A stretch of 63,717 bases of DNA, the filler included. It is 3 parts of 3 records of this genome, joined end to end, with 100 filler letters (N's around TTAATTAATTAA, not from the genome) between each part and the next. Parts side by side here need not be neighbours in the genome. Positions count along the whole stretch, not along the records: positions 33,886 to 63,717 come from SRR31156797_7582; 2 more parts are not named here. One strand, 5' to 3'. The notes under the pieces are model-generated. The model searched no databases and was not told the DNA's origin. It saw nothing but the letters and a program-made list of their open reading frames with translations. The position numbers were made by a program, and so were the translations under genes. Positions within the stretch are counted from its first letter, which is position 1. Every line of letters starts with the position of its first letter. Shown here piece after piece: positions 57,370 to 63,717 of this stretch.

Positions 57370-57990
57370 TCACCGCTTCTTGGTTTCATCAATTGGAAAT
57401 TCCGTTATTTTCCTACACGTTTCAACGGCCAAGGAAAAAACGATATCCAGCGCCAGATGCTCAATAATACTTCTATCGAACAACATCCTTGATTCAACCG
57501 GAAATTCATCGTCCCCCCTCCACAACAGGATGGCTACGGGTATGCGAGGGGCTATTCTAAATGCGTATGCCTTGTCCGCCATGTCGAGGGGCGTGCCGCC
57601 CAATTGCTCGCATGCGCCGGAAAATTCGCCCACATGGTTCCCATACCGTTTTTCGATTAAATATGTCGGAATTTCATGGGGCCCCCGGAAAAAGGTAGCG
57701 CCGCCCGGGATGTCTTTTTCTGAAATCCATTCCTTGCTGATGGGAATTTCCTTTGATGTCAGGAGATAGTGAACCATGAAAAGACCGCAAAATATTTTGA
57801 TATCCGAACTGTCGTCCCCCAAGCGCATGATCCTGGACGCTTCAGGAAAAATGCAATAGTCTTCACCCCATACGGATAATGTATAATACCCTTTATTGCC
57901 GTCATAGCGGCACAGTGCGCGTCTGCAAACATCTTCCGGGTCCATTTGTGCCAGATCCTGAAAATGGCAGGCATCGATTGCCTTTGTCAT
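57370..57990 (-). CDS. DUF3786-like protein
   Basis: YLL...W.SEKDIPGG..FF.G, PRIPV..LW.GD.EFP...LFD. Confidence 0.8.
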   Translation of the reverse strand: MTKAIDACHFQDLAQMDPEDVCRRALCRYDGNKGYYTLSVWGEDYCIFPEASRIMRLGDDSSDIKIFCGLFMVHYLLTSKEIPISKEWISEKDIPGGATFFRGPHEIPTYLIEKRYGNHVGEFSGACEQLGGTPLDMADKAYAFRIAPRIPVAILLWRGDDEFPVESRMLFDRSIIEHLALDIVFSLAVETCRKITEFPIDETKKR

Positions 57991-58041
57991 GTTGCTCCCT
58001 TCATTGGCGAGTCACGGCTGAGGATAAACGATTATTTTCTG

Positions 58042-59034
58042 CTATAACGATCCCTTCAAATGACATTGTGTCCGCCTTGAGTCCGTAATACCCATAAATT
58101 TCAGATGGTACGGCAGGTCCTTGAATCGGGCCCGACTCACAGGCAGTTCCACATTCAGGTCTCGCAATACGATTTTGTGGTCACGGCCTTTTTTTACCAG
58201 GCGCGAGACATGCCCTAGATTAACCACATGCGATCGGTGAACTTTAAGGAAATTCTCCCGTGGCAGTTTCATCGCAAATTTTTTTAGGGGCAATCGGACC
58301 ATTTGGCTTTTGGGACCATTGTCAGTGGCGTAATTGATGCGACAATAGTGATCCTCAACCGTCACGTGGGTAATGTCCGCCAAGGCTATGGTCTTGTGGC
58401 CATTGTCGCTGCCCAGTTTCAAGCCGCCCGTTGGCGAACGTCCCCTTCTCAGGGTTGGCGAACCTTTTTTCACGTAATTTTGGTCTTTTACGGGCATGAT
58501 GGCATTGACCTGTTGCTGAATCCGCTGCCTTGACAGCGCGACAACCGTGGCAAATAGCATGGCGGCAACCCAACAAGGGATCAAAATCATCAGGACGGTT
58601 GGAATGCTTAAACTCGCTTGGGGATTGGCCGCGTAATAGGTTGCCATATCCGGCGCATATAGAGACACCAGTTTTCTGGCAATCATTCGAACGGGCAAAA
58701 AACCGGTGGCCAGGCCCAGTGACCATATAATCCATTGACGACCCACCGTGCGTTTCTCGTATGCGCCCCAGGAAGGGATCAGGGAATGGGCCAGATAATC
58801 AGCTCCAAACAGGCAGATAGTTTTGCCCGCAGCCTTATGGAGGGAATACATGGTTGTAAAAGCCATGTGATCCAGATAATAAGCAGGCCCCCGGTAAATC
58901 AGCCAGATGACCAGGCCTTCCAACAGGAAAAAGCTGAATATTAGTGGGTAGAGTATCAGTCGGTTGGCACCATGGGAAAAATAATCTCCCAAATCCCTGC
59001 CAAAGTAATTAGCCGGGAATTTCAGTCTGTTCAT
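58042..59034 (-). CDS. Membrane-bound LytTR-family regulator
   Basis: About four TM helices then DITHV..EDHYC ... FLKVHRSHVVN ... LPVSR LytTR domain. Confidence 0.88.
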   Translation of the reverse strand: MNRLKFPANYFGRDLGDYFSHGANRLILYPLIFSFFLLEGLVIWLIYRGPAYYLDHMAFTTMYSLHKAAGKTICLFGADYLAHSLIPSWGAYEKRTVGRQWIIWSLGLATGFLPVRMIARKLVSLYAPDMATYYAANPQASLSIPTVLMILIPCWVAAMLFATVVALSRQRIQQQVNAIMPVKDQNYVKKGSPTLRRGRSPTGGLKLGSDNGHKTIALADITHVTVEDHYCRINYATDNGPKSQMVRLPLKKFAMKLPRENFLKVHRSHVVNLGHVSRLVKKGRDHKIVLRDLNVELPVSRARFKDLPYHLKFMGITDSRRTQCHLKGSL

Positions 59035-59390
59035 TGGAACCTCTATATTCCAGCCAATAGCACGGCGCTTATCCAAATTCCCAACTGACGCCTTGGGAAG
59101 CTTCAAAAAATGGAAATTTTATTATATTCCATCTTTCCCGGTAAAAAAACAACAAATTGTTTCGGCTAAGGTTGCCTGAAACCATGACCGTTCACACCGG
59201 GTTCCATGAGCGATTTCACGTATCATTCCGGATAGATTTACCATGTGCGCAAACTGTCTTGTGACAATCCGCGACTTTCAAGGTCAAATAACGACATTTG
59301 AGTTGCAAAAACGCCGTGCATTCCCGAACATGGTTCAGGCCGTGACAGGGCGGCCATAAACCTTGAGACTGGAAAGGAGAAAAGTGCCAT

Positions 59391-60473
59391 ATGAAAAAAT
59401 TATTGATCCCTCTGGTGGTGAGTCTGATAATGATGACAGCATTGTGCGGTCATCCGGTCTGGGCCAAAAAACCTTCCCTTGATGCCTGGAAACCGGCTTT
59501 CGATCCTTCCGCGGCCAAGTACAGATGTGTTGTTTCAAATGTGTCCCACCCTGGTATTAAGGGGGTTTACACCGGTTTCGCCATTCGGGATGCGCTTTGG
59601 AAGGCCACCGGAGGACAGATTTACTTCGACTACAAACCCTTTTCCATGCTGGGCGGCGAAGTGGAAGTCCTCAATCAGCTTCAAATGGGTGCAATCCAGG
59701 GGATGAGTGTCAGTTCGGTTGCTTCCACAAACCTGGGCCCCCGATTCGGGATCGTAAATCTGCCCTTCCTGATCAACACAAATGAAAAGCTGGAAAAATT
59801 TATCGCCAACAAGAAGTTATTCGATCATTTCTTAATGGCCATGGACCATCAAGGTATCAGGGCGCTGGATGTTACCACCTACGGTAGTTACGGCTGGGCC
59901 AGTACCATGCCCATCAATTCCATTGCCGCCATGAAAAAAGCGAAATTTCGGATTGCCGAGGCCGCCGTGAACCAGTTGACCTACAAGTCCTGGGGGGTCA
60001 ACCCGGTCCCCATGCCCTGGCCCGATGTCCCCGTGGCCTTGAAACAGGGGGTCATTACAGCCTTGGACCATACGGACCTGGTATGCGACTTGACCAAAAA
60101 ATTCGATGTGGCCAAATTTTATACGGAAATCAATTACGCGAAGGGGTTGTTTATCTGGATTTTTAACAAGGCGTGGCTTGATTCACTGCCCGCGGATTTA
60201 CGACGGACATTTATAAAAACGGTTCGTGATGTGTGTGCCGATTACCGCGCCCAAGGGGCTCAGCAGGAAATAGAGGTTAAGAAAAGGTTGGAAAAAGAAG
60301 GCATACAACTGCTGAAAATCCCTGAAAATGAAATGATCATCCTTCGCAAACAAGGCAACAGGGTGCACCAGGAGTACAGTGCTGAAATCAACCGACTATA
60401 TCCGGGGGACATCCATCGGTCCGACGATTACTTGAATGAGGTACAGGTTTACTTGGGTTACAGCCAAGAATAA
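59391..60473 (+). CDS. dctP: TRAP transporter substrate-binding protein
   Basis: Signal peptide, LGGEVEVLNQLQMG, LPFL, KFRI, PVPMPWPDV..ALKQG. Confidence 0.88.
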   Translation: MKKLLIPLVVSLIMMTALCGHPVWAKKPSLDAWKPAFDPSAAKYRCVVSNVSHPGIKGVYTGFAIRDALWKATGGQIYFDYKPFSMLGGEVEVLNQLQMGAIQGMSVSSVASTNLGPRFGIVNLPFLINTNEKLEKFIANKKLFDHFLMAMDHQGIRALDVTTYGSYGWASTMPINSIAAMKKAKFRIAEAAVNQLTYKSWGVNPVPMPWPDVPVALKQGVITALDHTDLVCDLTKKFDVAKFYTEINYAKGLFIWIFNKAWLDSLPADLRRTFIKTVRDVCADYRAQGAQQEIEVKKRLEKEGIQLLKIPENEMIILRKQGNRVHQEYSAEINRLYPGDIHRSDDYLNEVQVYLGYSQE

Positions 60474-60597
60474 TCGCGGGTTCAAGAGACGGCGAATGCC
60501 ATTGGCCAAGCACCAGGGGCAGATGTACTCATAAAAAAGGGCGCAGGATCCATGAAGGATTCACATGATCTTTTCCGAACAATTCCGTTGTCGGGAA

Positions 60598-61068
60598 CTA
60601 TCCCGGCATATCCGGTTTTCCATGCATGGCCATTAAGGTCATGAGCGCTGTTGCACACTGGGTCCGGACCCCGTTTTTGACAACAAAAACCTCCGGCCGG
60701 CATATGGTCAGGGTGCGACCCGGTTTTATGACCCTGGCCCGGGCAATAAGACGTTCGCCGTCTCCCGGTGCAACAAGGTTCAATTTATACTCAACGGTCA
60801 GAATGGATGCGTCCGGGGGCATCAGCGTAAAAGCGGCATATCCCCCCGAATTATCCGCCAGAGTGCCGATGATTCCCGCGTGGAAATAGCCATGCTGCTG
60901 GGAAAGGGCCTTCCTGTAGGGAAGCTGGATTTCACAGAGCCCCGGCTTGATCTCCGTCAATTCCGCGCCGATGAAATCCATAAACCCCTGGCGCCCGAAG
61001 CTCTCTCTTATCTTGTTTTCAAAATCCGGATCCGACGGTTTGTAACTCAATTTCGCATCTCCTCTCAC
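60598..61068 (-). CDS. PaaI family thioesterase
   Basis: QQHGYFHAG..TLAD, LTVEYKLNL, GRTL. Confidence 0.9.
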   Translation of the reverse strand: MRGDAKLSYKPSDPDFENKIRESFGRQGFMDFIGAELTEIKPGLCEIQLPYRKALSQQHGYFHAGIIGTLADNSGGYAAFTLMPPDASILTVEYKLNLVAPGDGERLIARARVIKPGRTLTICRPEVFVVKNGVRTQCATALMTLMAMHGKPDMPG

Positions 61069-61343
61069 ATGATTTCTTCAAGTTCGCGCCTTGAAACCAC
61101 AAAGCATGCGTCAAGCCTTTGGCCGGGCGCCTTTTTTGTTATTTTGGACGACCGCCGTTCGGGCGTCGAGGACACAAACAATTTCCGGTTGAGCATCCCA
61201 ATCACCTTTTTCGCGTGATCCAACTGGCTTGGTGTACGGGTTCCGGAGATCTCAACATGTGTGAACCTCTCCACTGCCCGGTAAACCACCTCCAACTCCA
61301 TGGGCGAAAAAGTGATCTGAATCTCACTGGTGCAACCTTCCAT
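61065..61343 (-). CDS. Hypothetical protein (92 aa), translationally coupled to paaI
   Basis: AGGAGG RBS before MEGCTSE; stop overlaps the paaI start. Confidence 0.6.
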   Translation of the reverse strand: MEGCTSEIQITFSPMELEVVYRAVERFTHVEISGTRTPSQLDHAKKVIGMLNRKLFVSSTPERRSSKITKKAPGQRLDACFVVSRRELEEIM

Positions 61344-61402
61344 GACGTTTCCTCCTTTCAGACTTCTAAATTGGGGGACGAATAACTGATTTTTTTTAAT
61401 TA

Positions 61403-61416
61403 AGACCGGTCGGTAT
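61403..61416. promoter_or_regulatory. TetR operator upstream of the hypothetical-paaI operon
   Basis: AGACCGGTCGGTAT; its reverse complement matches 12/14 to the site at 62080. Confidence 0.65.
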
Positions 61417-61460
61417 ATTTTATACGGCAACCCTTTTTCTTCCACCCTTCTAAATATCTA

Positions 61461-62057
61461 CTATCTGCTTAGCTGCGTAATATAAAAGCGAAGTTGGTTA
61501 ATGGTCTGTTTCCAGATGAGTGGATCCCGGCTTGCCGAATATAGGGCCCCGGCCCCATTAAGGCTGATGACGATGAAGTTGGCAATCTCCTTCAGGTTCA
61601 ACCCCTCTTTGATGAGCCCTTTCCGCTCCGCCTCCTCCAACCAGATGCGCAATAGTCTCGAAAAACGGACAAAGCCCCGGAGAATATGCCGGCTCATGGC
61701 GCTCGACTGTCCCGAGAGTTCAACAAGGCTGTTGAAGAAAAAGCACCCCCCCTCAAAAACATCCGCGCCCATGTAGTTTTCTAAATCATTCGTTATGGTT
61801 CTTTCTATCCTTTCTCGGGGATCCGAAATCCCCCGCACATCCTTTAAAACGATCCCTCTCCAGATCCCGACGGCCTCCTCATAGACCGCGTACCAGATAT
61901 CCTCCTTGCTCTGAAAATGCCCATATAGGCCGCCCTTTGTAAGCCCCGTGGCTTGAAGGATATCGCTGATGGAGGTGTTGAAATACCCTTTTACGGAAAA
62001 GAGCTGAAGCGATTTTTCGATAATTTTTCGACGGGTTTGAGCGCCTTTTCCTGCCAT
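61461..62057 (-). CDS. TetR/AcrR family regulator
   Basis: TSISDILQATGLTKGGLYGHFQSK; GGC..N..E; start MAGKG. Confidence 0.92.
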   Translation of the reverse strand: MAGKGAQTRRKIIEKSLQLFSVKGYFNTSISDILQATGLTKGGLYGHFQSKEDIWYAVYEEAVGIWRGIVLKDVRGISDPRERIERTITNDLENYMGADVFEGGCFFFNSLVELSGQSSAMSRHILRGFVRFSRLLRIWLEEAERKGLIKEGLNLKEIANFIVISLNGAGALYSASRDPLIWKQTINQLRFYITQLSR

Positions 62058-62079
62058 CGTTTCTCCATGATTATAATAC

Positions 62080-62096
62080 ATACCGACCGATCGGTT
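62080..62096. promoter_or_regulatory. TetR autoregulatory operator
   Basis: ATACCGACCGATCGGTT just upstream of the tetR start. Confidence 0.65.
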
Positions 62097-62180
62097 TATT
62101 CTCAATGAAAGTACGGCCTCTGTCAAGGTTTTTTTGCGGCGTCATGGGGATGAACCATCCATGCGCTCGGTTGGCCCCAA

Positions 62181-62611
62181 TTATTTCTTCCGATCCTCCA
62201 CACGGATCTCCATGACGATTTGTCCCCAGCCGCCGCATTGCACGCCCACATCGAAGCAGCTGGTCCTTTTAAATCGCATCTCATTGGGGTCCACCCCCGC
62301 GTAAAATAGCTCATTGGCAACAAAAATCGGCGGCGCCATGGAACCCAGGGCATAAACACAAATCCGTTTCGGGTTCATTTTGGTGATCAGATTGCCCGCC
62401 CCGTCAAAATAGAATTTGTCACCCACCTTGTGCTGACTGTTGCACCCCCTTGATTCCACACCTCCAAAACGATTGTTTTGTCCATCAGTGCGGCCGCTTT
62501 TGAAAGAACATCCGCATTTCTCGGGTTCTCCCTGAATTTTTTCATCTCTTCATGGGAATAACCCAGATGATTCTGCATGAAATTCCATACTCCCTTCTCA
62601 GTTTCCGCCAT
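62181..62611 (-). pseudogene. Conserved Cys-containing hypothetical protein split by a 1-nt frameshift (pseudogene or assembly error)
   Basis: MAETEK...TIVLEV then, in another frame, VESRGCNSQHKVGD...SCFDVGVQCGGWG; GAGGTGTGGAA near 62455 lacks one G. Confidence 0.7.
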
Positions 62612-62624
62612 GTCCATTCCTCCC

Positions 62625-62986
62625 TTAGTTCAATAAAATATGAATTTGTCCCGAATCCACCATGTTTTTAAGAATGTTCGTAAAATCATCCGGCGCGGCA
62701 TAGTCGGGTTGGCGCCTGAAAAGCATGGCGACCCGAAGCATTTCGCGAATTTCTTCCAGACCGTTTGCGGCATTCCCGTTTTCCCGGGCATGGCATGGGT
62801 GCACGGCGAAAAGAAGATTTTCCGGATCAATGAGACGTCTCTTTTCAATGTCGCATGGGATCTGTCGTTGGCAACGGCAAGGATTGTCCGGATTGAAGAG
62901 ACCGCATTTGTGAGCCATAAAATCCTTCAGCTTCCTCCGCCCCCGGGAAAGGCGCTGCCGGAAGGTTTTCCAACGTGGTTTCCATT
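62625..62986 (-). pseudogene. C-terminal fragment of an ECF sigma factor with Cys-rich extension
   Basis: FRQRLSRGRRKL (end of region 4) then CGLFNPDNPCRC; region 2 missing. Confidence 0.65.
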
Positions 62987-63068
62987 GTGTACCGCTCCTC
63001 ACGTTTTCCGGATACCCCGCTAAGGGCTCAAATGATGGCAGTTATTCCAAACCTTGATTACCGCAAAA

Positions 63069-63305
63069 TTACCGGCATGCGAATGCATGAATGATAAATC
63101 TTCGCCATCGACCCGGTTCACGGCTTTGTTTACCCGCTTCATGGGCTCGGCAAAAGATGAAAGGCGGTTTTTCCCCATATTTCGAGTCTTTCAGATCCAG
63201 AACCAGGAACCCCTCCCGATAATCCGGAAACTGGAGATATAAATGGAGCCGCCTCGCCCTATCCGCATTTTCATATTCCTTGAGTATATCCCTTTCAGCC
63301 TTCAT
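63069..63305 (-). CDS. Small hypothetical protein
   Basis: GGAGGG RBS; MKAERDILKEYENADRARRLHLYLQFPDYREGF... Confidence 0.65.
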   Translation of the reverse strand: MKAERDILKEYENADRARRLHLYLQFPDYREGFLVLDLKDSKYGEKPPFIFCRAHEAGKQSREPGRWRRFIIHAFACR

Positions 63306-63606
63306 AAAAAACCCCTCCAGGGCGGTGTTTGAAAACGACCGCATGGCCAAAAAGCGCCATATGCCGTTTCCCTTAAACCTCCGACCCTTATCCTTCATAT
63401 TAAAACGACCCTCTATTCATTTAGACCTTTTGAACGTACCATTTGTGACAGTTTATTTGAGAAGGTTTCATTTTTAAGAAAATATCATTTCCTTCTTGAA
63501 ATGCGGATCAGATATGGATGCAATCGGTTCTTCGAAGCATTTTGCTTGGCTCTTCGCATTTGCGTATTTTTGATCATACCAACCGAACACAACAAAAGTG
63601 CTCCAT

Positions 63607-63625
63607 ATCCCCCGAACGGGCGATG
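63607..63625 (+). promoter_or_regulatory. Second copy of the 7-4-7 palindromic site
   Basis: ATCCCCC-GAAC-GGGCGATG, followed 20 nt later by -10-like TAGACT. Confidence 0.6.
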
Positions 63626-63717
63626 CAAGGTCTTTATAATTCATATAGACTACCCGTGATTATCCGACCAAGGATTATCTAAATGAGAAGGCTCATCGCG
63701 GATTAACGTGAAAACTA

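Overview
The window is not one continuous chromosome. It is three contigs joined by 100-nt artificial spacers (N44-TTAATTAATTAA-N44) at 9348-9447 and 33786-33885. Contig 1 (1-9347) is AT-rich and Bacteroidota-like. It carries a serine hydrolase and GH2, GH42 and BACON-GH5 glycoside hydrolases. Contig 2 (9448-33785) looks like a sulfate-reducing Desulfobacterota. It holds an ArsB/NhaD transporter, dnaJ-htrA-parA-like genes and a rubredoxin-cooS (Ni-CO dehydrogenase)-SagB-msrAB cluster. It also holds a thiol/oxidative-stress operon: two tiny unannotated CxxC proteins, flavodoxin, rubredoxin, TrxC, ferritin-like, glutaredoxin, ferredoxin:thioredoxin reductase and a flavoprotein-ArsC fusion. Two sensor kinases close the contig. 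The cooS cluster and the redox operon each have a sigma54 promoter, an IHF-like site and the same upstream 14-mer palindrome TGTTTCATGAGACA, which suggests one shared regulon. Contig 3 (33886-63717) is a mosaic Desulfobacterota accessory region with many gene remnants. Highlights are an Ltp3/Ltp4-like cysteine-less thiolase pair with two DUF35 proteins and a plant-type LRR IPTL-CTERM protein. It also has a degenerate tmRNA 3' end followed by a signal-peptide + CxxCH + ClpP fusion, and an Eis-like acetyltransferase with a leader peptide and structured leader. Several regulators occur with visible operator sites. Taxonomy and all family calls rest on motif recognition by eye; no database search was run.
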